From Hydrogenophilales bacterium 16-64-46 (GTDB taxonomy: Bacteria > Pseudomonadota > Gammaproteobacteria > Burkholderiales > Thiobacillaceae), in assembly GCA_002281775.1 (NCBI GenBank), contig NCGY01000003.1, forward strand, positions 112,696-176,695: 64,000 bases of DNA, given 5' to 3'. Both the position numbers and the translations under genes were made by a program. Shown piece after piece: positions 53,201 through 59,973 of the stretch. Positions within the stretch are counted from its first letter, which is position 1. Every line of letters starts with the position of its first letter. The notes beneath the pieces were generated by a model. That model did not search any database, was not told where the DNA came from, and worked only from the letters and a program-made list of their open reading frames with translations.

Positions 53201-53586
53201 AAGCGCCCGACGTTGGCGACCATGAGAAATACCGGACGCGGCTCGGACGCGGGAAGGTTGCGCGCGTAGCTTTCGGCCTGCGCCTTGGCCTTGATGAGCT
53301 TGTTGGCGGCGGCGTCCAGATCGCGACCGAGGTGAAAGCTCTTGGATTCGCAGATGAAATGGCCGCGCTTGTAGGTGTCGATGAAGCGCGCCGCGCCCGC
53401 GCCGGATTCGTCGAGCGCGTCGATGTGGCGCTCAAAGACGTAGGCGTTGTCTGCGTCGTTCGCCTGCGCGGGCAGGGGTTTGTCCACCCCGAGCAGTTCG
53501 CACAGGTCGTTGAAAAAAAGCTGGTAGTTGGCGCGCTCGCTGCCGGATGCGCCGTTCCATTTGGCGATGAAGGACTGCGGGGTCAT
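50227..53586 (-). CDS. Single-chain restriction-methylase, MmeI / Type IIL-IIG like
   Basis: N-terminal D...ExK (FIDTYKRGHFICESK), HFTPRAYV, VLDPACGSGNFL, GNPPFIG, TRD-like C-terminal half; start at MTPQSF. Confidence 0.88.
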   Translation of the reverse strand: MTPQSFIAKWNGASGSERANYQLFFNDLCELLGVDKPLPAQANDADNAYVFERHIDALDESGAGAARFIDTYKRGHFICESKSFHLGRDLDAAANKLIKAKAQAESYARNLPASEPRPVFLMVANVGRFIALYAQFRDNDRSYEYFPDRASYRIAITDLAHDAVRDRLKRVFTEPAALDPARIAARVTREVAAHLGQLARGLEADHEPHAVAGFLTRCLFTMFAEDVGLLPAGGFTDIVVAACVEPASFKPSIEELWQKMDSGGYSVALRKTIPHFNGKLFKIPVALELTRPQLETLLAAARADWKHVEPAIFGTLIERALDPAERHALGAHFTPRAYVERLVLPTLVEPLRADWLNVQTAALALMDRGDAAAALKLARGFHQTLCATRVLDPACGSGNFLYVALEHLKRLEAEVLELLGALQSAASKDGTMQQQELDTEGLTVDPHQFLGLERNPRAAAVAELVLWIGHLQWHFRNRGHALPPTPVLRDFKNIECRDAVLDWRRIEAVQDEAGQPLTRWDGVSFKPHPVTGKPVPDESARAAVVRYLDPHAAVWPAADFVVGNPPFIGASTLRQALGDGYVDALRQTHPGVPESADLVMFWWDHAARLLRENKIRRFGFITTNSLTQTFNRRVLEQHLDALHLAWAIADHPWVDEANGAAVRVAMTVAAPGAGDGRLLAVSRETPGTDGEIDVELAERSGAIHANLRVGANVAAAVALRANGNISSPGFKLHGAGFIVTPDEAAELAAPALIRPYRNGRDITDKPRGVLVIDAWGYDEATLRAQYPTVWQWLLDRVKPERDHNQRATYRDNWWLFGEPRRELRKMFTGLPRYIATVETAKHRVFQFLDAAIAPDNMLVCIAHDDAWMLGVLSSRVHVAWALAAGGRLGVGNDPRYNKGVCFEKFPFPAATPDQQATIRDLAERLDAHRKRQQAMHPELTLTGVYNVREKLRTGEPLTAKDKTVYTQGLVGVLNTLHDELDAAVLAAYGWDDAPDDSALLERLVALNAERATEEAAGQVRFLRPAYQAPAHTTVVLDLPATDAPAIAPVATRKPVWPAALPDQLGALARLLSDAPQTPAELAAGFDKARGLQKALPGLLDALVDFGRAQRLADGRYRAG

Positions 53587-53915
53587 GGGGCGGGAGGGTC
53601 TTCGCACAGCCAGGCTGGCAGATCGCGCTGCGCGTGAAGAATGCGCCAGACGTCGATGTGGTCTGGCCGCTCGACATAAAAAACCATGTAGGGGAAGCGT
53701 TTGAGCGGCCATACACGCAAGCCCGGCAAACCCAATTCGTGGTCGAAGCGCGACGATCCTGCCGCGGGGTGGCGGGCAAGCTGAGCGATGGCGCGTTCGA
53801 GCGCGTCGAGAAAAAGCCGGGCAGCATCGGGCGCATTCTGCGACCGATACCAGTCGATCACGGTTTCGGTATCGCGTGTGGCGATCCGTCGCGGTACGAC
53901 GGGTTTGACGCTCAC
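53583..53915 (-). CDS. ParE/RelE family toxin
   Basis: ATRDTET..DWY...HPAAGS...RVWPLKRFPYMVFY...RILHAQRD. Confidence 0.9.
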   Translation of the reverse strand: MSVKPVVPRRIATRDTETVIDWYRSQNAPDAARLFLDALERAIAQLARHPAAGSSRFDHELGLPGLRVWPLKRFPYMVFYVERPDHIDVWRILHAQRDLPAWLCEDPPAP

Positions 53916-54148
53916 CCGCGCGGCGCGTCAATGCGCTGGCGCAAGACTTCGAAATAGGCCGCGTCGGCGGGGCGATCCGGCGCGGAAGCCGCACCTTCGA
54001 GCAGCAAGGCCCGCAGGTTCTGGCGCTCCTGATCTTTGCGGATCAGCTCGCGCATGTATTCGCTGCTGGTGCCGTAGCCGCGTTCAGTGACCTGATTATC
54101 GACAAAAGCCTTGAGTGAATCCGGCAGGGAAATATTCATTGTGCTCAT
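53912..54148 (-). CDS. ParD/CopG RHH antitoxin
   Basis: MSTMNISLPDSLKAFVD...YGTSSEYMRELIR. Confidence 0.9.
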   Translation of the reverse strand: MSTMNISLPDSLKAFVDNQVTERGYGTSSEYMRELIRKDQERQNLRALLLEGAASAPDRPADAAYFEVLRQRIDAPRG

Positions 54149-54155
54149 GGGCGGG

Positions 54156-54184
54156 ATACTAGGCATGTTGGCAAAATTTGGCAA
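54156..54184 (-). promoter_or_regulatory. Sigma70 promoter of parDE-RM operon, probably leaderless
   Basis: TTGCCA-N17-TAGTAT, 7 nt before the ATG; TTGCCAA occurs twice (possible RHH operator). Confidence 0.6.
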
Positions 54185-54202
54185 TAGCAGGTCAGAGGCA
54201 GG

Positions 54203-54325
54203 TCAGGTAAATAGCGCGGTGATCAGCCAGAGCACGCCGAATCCGATCAGCAGGATTGCGATTCCCAGCGCGAGACCTTCAAACGCGCCTTTGGCGATTG
54301 CTACATAAAAATTGTCTTTATCCAC
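54203..54325 (-). CDS. 40-aa single-pass membrane protein, not in ORF track
   Basis: GTG start with AAGGA upstream; MDKDNFYVAIAKGAFEGLALGIAILLIGFGVLWLITALFT. Confidence 0.55.
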   Translation of the reverse strand: MDKDNFYVAIAKGAFEGLALGIAILLIGFGVLWLITALFT

Positions 54326-54393
54326 AGAAAATCCTTGATTGCGGGTTATGGGGGAGTTACCTCAGGCTACAAGGGCGCGTTCGCGCTGCGGTG

Positions 54394-56268
54394 TCAAACC
54401 GCCTCCCCGCTGACCACGCATTCCAGCCGATCCCACGGCAGTCGCTCGGGCTGGGCGCGGGCGAAGCGGCAGACCAGCGCCTCGCCCGCATCCAGCCGCC
54501 GCGCGATATTGATGTTGAACGGACGCGGCAGGTAGCCGAGTTTGCGGCCTTGCCAGGCGACGAGCACGGCAAGCGGGTCGTGGGGGTTGTCGGGCTCGCG
54601 CACGAGTTCGAGCAGCTGGCCGGGCGTGAGGCGGGTTTCCAGCGCTGGATCACGGTTGTAGGCATAACCGGTGATGTGGGAGAACAGCAGCGCGCCCGCA
54701 GGCAGAGGCGGGTTGCGCCGCGCGGCGATCCAGGCCAGCGCGCGGCTTAGGCGGCGCTCGCTTTCGGCGTCGAGGCGCAGGGCGGGCGGACGACAAGGGG
54801 TGTCGCTGACGGTGTCCCGCCAGTGCCCGAGACGCACGCGCTGCGGGCGCAGCTCGGGGGCGTTGAGATGGATTTCCACTTGCTGCGCGAACAGCTCCAT
54901 GAGATAGCCCGCGTCGGCATTGCACGGGCCGCGCAGTTGCACGAGTTTGAAATGCAGGTCGTCGCCCCGCTGCTGGATGTCGTACTGCGCGGTGGCGCGC
55001 CCGCCTTTGGGCAGGGTGAGCGAGACGATGCGCGTGTCACCTTCGGCGATGTCGTCCCAGTAACTGGCGACGCAGTGGTGCAGGGCATCGCCTTCGTCGG
55101 CGAGTGTGTCGTAGTCGAGTAGCTCGCGCGCGATGCTCAGATTGCGGTCGAGCACGCCGAAAAGTGCGGGGACGGGGATATCCCGCGTCGGCACGATAGC
55201 AGTCTGGCGCGGGTGTCGGTGCCAGCGCACCGAGGCGTCGAGCAGTGACGTCAGGCCGTGACGCGCGAGCCAGGCGTGGCCGAGCGTTGCGTCGTCGCCG
55301 TCCAGGTTGGCGTCGAGTTCGAGCGCACGGGCCATGGCGACGCGCAGAAAATCGCGGCAGTCGTCGATGGCATTGCCGAGGGGATTGAAGCGCGCTTCGA
55401 GCGCGGTCCACAGCGCAGCCCAACCTGGCTTGAACAACGTGGCGGCCAGTTCGAGCAGGGCGGGTTCGCCGACCAGGCGTTCGAGCGCGGCGACATAGGG
55501 CGCGCCACGTTCGAGTTCGGCCCGGCTCGCCGGGCGCGCGTGGGCGGGAATGCGGTCGAGCAGCTGCACCATGCGCGTGTGCGCGATGCCGAGATCGCCC
55601 CACATTTCGCTGCACACCGGCGCGCGCACCAGGCTGCGCGAAACACCGTAATGCGCGGCGAGCACGCCGGCGAGATCGCGCCCCTGCAACGCGGCATCGA
55701 CCACCTCGTCGTCGTGATCGCGCCAGGCGAAACGCTTGCCGCCGCAGGTGTCGGTCGCGTGGTGCGCGGTGAGCAGGATCGGTGCGGCGAGCACGGGAAA
55801 CCGCTCGACCGCCTGTTGCCGCCGGCGGCCTTCTTCGCCTGATACGAGCCGGTTGTAATTGCGGCACGAACTCCAGAAGCGGTGCGCGTCGAGCCGGGCA
55901 AGGCATTCGAGTATGCCCTGGTCGAGCCCGGCGGCGAAACGCCGTGCCTCGGCGTGTCTGGCATGGCCCCAGGCGAGCGCGGGCATCGGCGCGGCAGGCG
56001 CGGCGTAGAGCACGATGGGGAGGAGGAGAGCGCGAGGCACGTCCACTTCGAGCACCTCGCCGCGCGCATCATCGGCAATGCCTTCGACGATGGCGGGGAT
56101 CAGCGCGTCGTCGCCGAGCAAATGCGCTGCGAGACGAAAGGCAAGCACCCGCCCGTCGGCCAGATGCAGCCACAGCAGCGCCGCTTCGGTGGCTTCGCCG
56201 TATTCGCGCGTGGTGAGCCACAGGCGTGCGCGGACGGCGTTACAGGTCGCAGTCATCGTCGCCGCCAA
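54394..56268 (-). CDS. PcfJ-like domain protein with C-terminal HIRAN domain
   Basis: LADEGDALHHCVASY...VQLRGPCN (PcfJ-like); LVREPDNPHDPLAV...KLGYLPR (HIRAN); start may be 56256. Confidence 0.78.
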   Translation of the reverse strand: MAATMTATCNAVRARLWLTTREYGEATEAALLWLHLADGRVLAFRLAAHLLGDDALIPAIVEGIADDARGEVLEVDVPRALLLPIVLYAAPAAPMPALAWGHARHAEARRFAAGLDQGILECLARLDAHRFWSSCRNYNRLVSGEEGRRRQQAVERFPVLAAPILLTAHHATDTCGGKRFAWRDHDDEVVDAALQGRDLAGVLAAHYGVSRSLVRAPVCSEMWGDLGIAHTRMVQLLDRIPAHARPASRAELERGAPYVAALERLVGEPALLELAATLFKPGWAALWTALEARFNPLGNAIDDCRDFLRVAMARALELDANLDGDDATLGHAWLARHGLTSLLDASVRWHRHPRQTAIVPTRDIPVPALFGVLDRNLSIARELLDYDTLADEGDALHHCVASYWDDIAEGDTRIVSLTLPKGGRATAQYDIQQRGDDLHFKLVQLRGPCNADAGYLMELFAQQVEIHLNAPELRPQRVRLGHWRDTVSDTPCRPPALRLDAESERRLSRALAWIAARRNPPLPAGALLFSHITGYAYNRDPALETRLTPGQLLELVREPDNPHDPLAVLVAWQGRKLGYLPRPFNINIARRLDAGEALVCRFARAQPERLPWDRLECVVSGEAV

Positions 56269-56476
56269 ACAGGCTGAACAGTCCGCCGATACCCAGAAGC
56301 AGCAGGGGGAAAGCCAGGATCAGCCAGAGCGCCGCGAGAAGAAAAATGATGAAGATCCCCCAGAACACCAACTTGGCAGTGAACAGGGGGGCGACCTGAA
56401 ACATGCTGAAGCCGATAACGCCGATGATGGCCGCCCAAAGCCACTCGGCGTCCGAATATTGTCTGGGTGTTTTAAT
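56240..56476 (-). CDS. ~78-aa hydrophobic membrane protein without canonical start, not in ORF track
   Basis: KTPRQYSDAEWLWAAIIGVIGFSMFQVAPLFTAKLVFWGIFIIFLLAALWLILAFPLLLLGIGGLFSLFGGDDDCDL*; ATT 7 nt after AGGAG, or ATG shifted by one extra A. Confidence 0.5.
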   Translation of the reverse strand: MKTPRQYSDAEWLWAAIIGVIGFSMFQVAPLFTAKLVFWGIFIIFLLAALWLILAFPLLLLGIGGLFSLFGGDDDCDL

Positions 56477-56519
56477 TTTTCATCTCCTGATGCAAGAGGT
56501 TTGATCATCGTGCGGCAGG

Positions 56520-56538
56520 CGATCAAAAACTGATCGGG
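56520..56538. promoter_or_regulatory. Palindromic site copy 1, candidate WYL-regulator site
   Basis: CGATCA-AAAAC-TGATCG-GG; 18/19 identical to 58964-58982. Confidence 0.65.
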
Positions 56539-56591
56539 AGCCGGCAGGTTGGGCAAAATATCAAGTTGCTGGAGACGCAATAGGCTAGGCC

Positions 56592-57665
56592 TTGAGCGGC
56601 GAATCCACCCTGGCCGACTTCCGCCGCGACTTTCTCGCCACGGTGGAAAAACAGGGCTGGAAGGACTTCACCGGCGACGACCGTGCCACGCAGGGCCGCA
56701 CCGGCGGGCGCGGGCTGGCTTGGCGCACCCGCACCATCTACCAGACCAACATCGCCGCCAGCTACGCCGCCGGGCGCTGGCAGCAACTCAACGCCCCCGA
56801 CCTGTTGGCCGCCCGCCCCTACTGGCGCTACGTGCATTCGGATTTTGTCGGCAACCCGCGCCCGCGCCACAAGGCATGGGGCGACAGCGGGCTGACCCTG
56901 CGCCACGACCATCCCTTCTGGAAAACCCATTTTCCGCCCAACGGATGGGGTTGCCGGTGCAGCGTCAAGGCCGTGCCCGCGCCGAAGGACGGCGACGCCA
57001 CCGCGCCGCCGGTCGGCTGGGATGCGCGAGACGGCAAGGGGCGTCTGCCGGGGATCGACAGGGGTTGGGATTACGCGCCGGGAGCGACATGGAACCCTTG
57101 GGACAGGCTGGCAGGGCTGCCCGATTGCGATGGACTGGCAGCGTTGGCGGCGGGCGGGCCGTGTATCCCTAAGGCAGGCAGGCAGCCTGCTGACTGGCGT
57201 TCGGAGCAGCGTCCCGATCTGCGCGATGTTCCGCCAGTATTGCGCTTGCCGTCGCCGCCCTTGTTACCGAAGGCAAAAGACCGCAGCGAGGCGGTCGAGA
57301 TGCTGGCGCAGGCGTTGGGGATTTCCTCCGCCAACCCCTACCGGGTGGTCGATACTCCATGGTATGGCATGGTTCCGCTCGCCTACGAGAGGCTGCCGCA
57401 TATGGTGGGCAAGGAAAGGGATGCGCGGGAGCGTTACGCGAATTTCATTTTGCCGACGCTGATGCAGCCGTATGAAATATGGGAAACCGCCTACGCGGAC
57501 GGGACAACGCGACCGCGCTTCATTGGTCTATTTGACGGCCCCGCGCAAGTGATGGTGGTCGTTAGAATCGACCGTGACGGCCGGGTATTCTGGAATTACA
57601 TGCAGGCGAAAAACAAGGACATGAATGCCCACCGCGAGGGGGTCAGCCTGGTCTATCGTAAATGA
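56592..57665 (+). CDS. Phage Mu gpF-like (MuF) protein, N-truncated, with C-terminal BECR/PBECR2-like nuclease domain
   Basis: IYQTNIAASYAAGRW, RPYWRY, HPFWKTHFPPNGWGCRC (MuF); HMVGKERDARERYANFILPTLMQPYEIW...FIGLF...FWNY C-terminal domain. Confidence 0.75.
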   Translation: MSGESTLADFRRDFLATVEKQGWKDFTGDDRATQGRTGGRGLAWRTRTIYQTNIAASYAAGRWQQLNAPDLLAARPYWRYVHSDFVGNPRPRHKAWGDSGLTLRHDHPFWKTHFPPNGWGCRCSVKAVPAPKDGDATAPPVGWDARDGKGRLPGIDRGWDYAPGATWNPWDRLAGLPDCDGLAALAAGGPCIPKAGRQPADWRSEQRPDLRDVPPVLRLPSPPLLPKAKDRSEAVEMLAQALGISSANPYRVVDTPWYGMVPLAYERLPHMVGKERDARERYANFILPTLMQPYEIWETAYADGTTRPRFIGLFDGPAQVMVVVRIDRDGRVFWNYMQAKNKDMNAHREGVSLVYRK

Positions 57666-57668
57666 TGG

Positions 57669-57767
57669 AAACGCTCCGGGGTCCCGTTCCGCGCGCCTGT
57701 CGGTGCGCCGGAGCCCTTCCGCCGGGTATTGAGCCGACACTCACCCGGGTTCGCGCCCGGAGCGTTT
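57669..57767 (+). ncRNA. Candidate structured RNA directly after the MuF-nuclease gene
   Basis: Perfect 12-bp closing stem AAACGCTCCGGG/CCCGGAGCGTTT, two internal hairpins, TGTCGG/CCGACA complementarity between them. Confidence 0.55.
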
Positions 57768-57786
57768 GAGCAAAGGATAGCAAACA

Positions 57787-58272
57787 ATGGCACTGCTGCA
57801 AATTGACATAGACGACCGAGCCGTGCTCGACGTGCTGGCCAAACTGGCGAAGCGCGCGGGCAACCTCGCACCGGCGCTGACCCAGATCGGCGAAGAATTG
57901 CGCGATTCGACCCAGCGCCGCTTCGCCACCGGCACCGGCCCGGACGGCCAGCGCTGGGCACCCAACAGCCAGACCACGCTGCTGCGTTACCTGGGCAGCA
58001 AGGATCGCCCCGGCGGGCTGTTCGGCAAGCGCGACGGCAAATTGACGAAAAAAGGCGTGGGCGCGGCGCTGGGCAAAAAGCCGCTGGTGGACAGCGGCAC
58101 GCTGGCGAGCACGATCAATTACCAGTTGGCCGATGGTGGGCGCACGCTGCTGGTGGGTAGCAAGGCTCAGGAAAAGCTGATAACGATGCCAAGCAGAACA
58201 AGTACCACAAAAGCCAGCAATCCAAGCTGGACGACAAACCATAGGGTATTGAAGACGGCGTCCAAGAGCTGA
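57787..58272 (+). pseudogene. Phage virion morphogenesis protein (Mu gpG-like), 3'-truncated near 58161
   Basis: IGEELRDSTQRRF...PDGQRW...PLVDSGTLASTI...LLVGS, after which similarity stops where the convergent gene ends. Confidence 0.75.
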
Positions 58273-58940
58273 GCGGCTGGCGTAGGTGAATTGCAGAAGC
58301 GGGGTACGCCGTCGAAAACTGGGCGGTGCCGGGTGTGCACACTGTCCAGTTTGTCGAGTGCCTCCAGCATGTCGTCTTGGCTGAGCGTTTTGATCCGTGC
58401 AAGGAATAGGTGTAGCTCGGGCGATGCCGTCAGGGTAAGGCAAGTTTCAATTTCCAATACGGGATGCCTATCGTTCCACAGCCCGCGCGCTTCGAGCACA
58501 GCGCGTGGCGCAGCAAGAACGGCAAGGAGTTCGTCGAGCCAGGTGAGGATTTCGCGCAGGGTGTGGGTATAGGCGGCGGGCAGCAGGTGACGGGCGTCGT
58601 GCGTGAGCGGGGGTGAGACGATGTGCGCTGCGGCGGCACGGCCTTCGATCAGGCGGTCGATTTCAGCTTCGAGGAGGGCGACGGCACGATGGGCGTCGGC
58701 CTCGCTGGCGTTCGGGTTGGCCAGCACGTCGCCATTCGTGTCGTTCAGCCGCTGTGTGATGCGGGCGGCAATGTTTTCGAACGTATCAAGGTGTTGTTGC
58801 AGCGTGACGGAGGCATCCACTGGATTCGTGCGCTTAGTCCGAGCGGAAGAGCTAGTGAGTTCGGCCCGCAGCCGTTCGGCAAGGCGGGTGAGCGCGTTGC
58901 CGAAGGCGATGAGTCGAGGCGGCAGGGTGAAGTCGGTCAT
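58167..58940 (-). CDS. Hypothetical helical protein with C-terminal TM anchor
   Basis: 257-aa ORF ending LWFVVQLGLLAFVVLVLLGIVISFS. Confidence 0.7.
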   Translation of the reverse strand: MTDFTLPPRLIAFGNALTRLAERLRAELTSSSARTKRTNPVDASVTLQQHLDTFENIAARITQRLNDTNGDVLANPNASEADAHRAVALLEAEIDRLIEGRAAAAHIVSPPLTHDARHLLPAAYTHTLREILTWLDELLAVLAAPRAVLEARGLWNDRHPVLEIETCLTLTASPELHLFLARIKTLSQDDMLEALDKLDSVHTRHRPVFDGVPRFCNSPTPAAQLLDAVFNTLWFVVQLGLLAFVVLVLLGIVISFS

Positions 58941-58960
58941 GCTGCCAGTTTGTACCGATT

Positions 58961-58983
58961 ACCCGATCAAAACCTGATCGGGT
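58961..58983. promoter_or_regulatory. Palindromic site copy 2, candidate WYL-regulator site
   Basis: Perfect ACCCGATCA-AAACC-TGATCGGGT between the WYL stop and the next ATG. Confidence 0.7.
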
Positions 58984-58991
58984 GACGGCAA

Positions 58992-59960
58992 TCAGTTGTA
59001 GCGCGCGAGGCTTTCCGACAAACGGCGTTTGACCCATTCGCGCAGGTCGGCGGGCGCGACGACTTCGACTTCCGGCCCGTATTTGAGGATGTCCATGACG
59101 AGTTCGGTGGGGTTGCCGTAGGGCACGGCCAGCTCGTAGCTGCCGTCGATGAGGAAGTGGCCGCTTTGTTCGCGGTGCCAGCGTTCATCGGCGACCCAGC
59201 GCGCGGCATTGGCAGAAAACCGCAGCACAGCGGTGTGGCGGGCGCTACCCGAGAAGATGCCGTAGGCGCTGGCGTAATGCGCATTTTGAGTGGCTTCGTC
59301 TACTGCAATGGCGGCCTCGGGGCGGCGCTCGGGGGCTTCGATGCGGTCGAGCGAAAAGCTGCGCAGACCGTTGCGCAAATGACACCAGGCGTCGAGATAC
59401 CAGTTGCTCTTGTACCAGGCCAGCCGCAGAGGCGAAACGGTACGGCGTGCGTGGTCGTTGCGGATGCGACCGCGATAGGTGAAGGCCAGTTGTTGACCGT
59501 CGGCGAGCGCGCCTGCGACGGCGCGGAATACGCTGTCATCGACTTTGCGCGCGGCGAGTGCGATGAGTTTGACGCGCTGGCGAAGCTGGCCACCGCCGGG
59601 CTGGCGCTGTTCGAGCAGGGCTTCGAGGCGTTTGACCAGCGGTGCGATTTCCTCGCCGAGCAGGCCGGGCTCGACTTCGGATAACCATTGGTGCGCCGCC
59701 AGCAGGGCGTGGAGTTCGGACGCGGAAAACCACAGGCCGGGGAGTTCGTAAGTTGTTTCTTCGTTCTGTTCGTAGACCCAGCCGCCGCGCGCGCGATCAA
59801 AACGCACCGGCGCGCCGAGCTCGTCGCGCAGTTTGGCGATGAGACGCCGGACGGTGGGTTCGGAACATTCGAGCTTCTGTATCAGTTCGTGGGTGGTGAC
59901 GGGCGTGCGCCGCCCGGCGAGGAAACCATGCAGATCGTAGAGGCGGTCGAATTTGTTCAT
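58992..59960 (-). CDS. HTH-WYL regulator, YafY/DriD/PafBC type
   Basis: ELIQKLECSEPTVRRLIAKLRDELGAP; VSPLRLAWYKSNWYLDAWCHLRNGLRSFSLDRI; start at MNKFDR. Confidence 0.92.
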   Translation of the reverse strand: MNKFDRLYDLHGFLAGRRTPVTTHELIQKLECSEPTVRRLIAKLRDELGAPVRFDRARGGWVYEQNEETTYELPGLWFSASELHALLAAHQWLSEVEPGLLGEEIAPLVKRLEALLEQRQPGGGQLRQRVKLIALAARKVDDSVFRAVAGALADGQQLAFTYRGRIRNDHARRTVSPLRLAWYKSNWYLDAWCHLRNGLRSFSLDRIEAPERRPEAAIAVDEATQNAHYASAYGIFSGSARHTAVLRFSANAARWVADERWHREQSGHFLIDGSYELAVPYGNPTELVMDILKYGPEVEVVAPADLREWVKRRLSESLARYN

Positions 59961-59973
59961 GCGCCGGATGCGT

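Larger units (their letters stand above)
48790..59965. mobile_element. Accessory island between mnmA and nudJ (ends approximate)
   Basis: Interrupts the conserved rluE-nudJ-mnmA order; contains TA, RM, phage-fragment and WYL genes; no integrase or att repeat found. Confidence 0.6.

Noticed and set aside
57669-57767. tRNA gene
   Set aside because: No T-loop GTTCRA in the right position, no D-loop consensus, no CCA end; kept as a candidate ncRNA instead
56580-58272. Intact Mu-like prophage
   Set aside because: Only two truncated head-morphogenesis genes; no transposase, terminase, portal, capsid or tail genes
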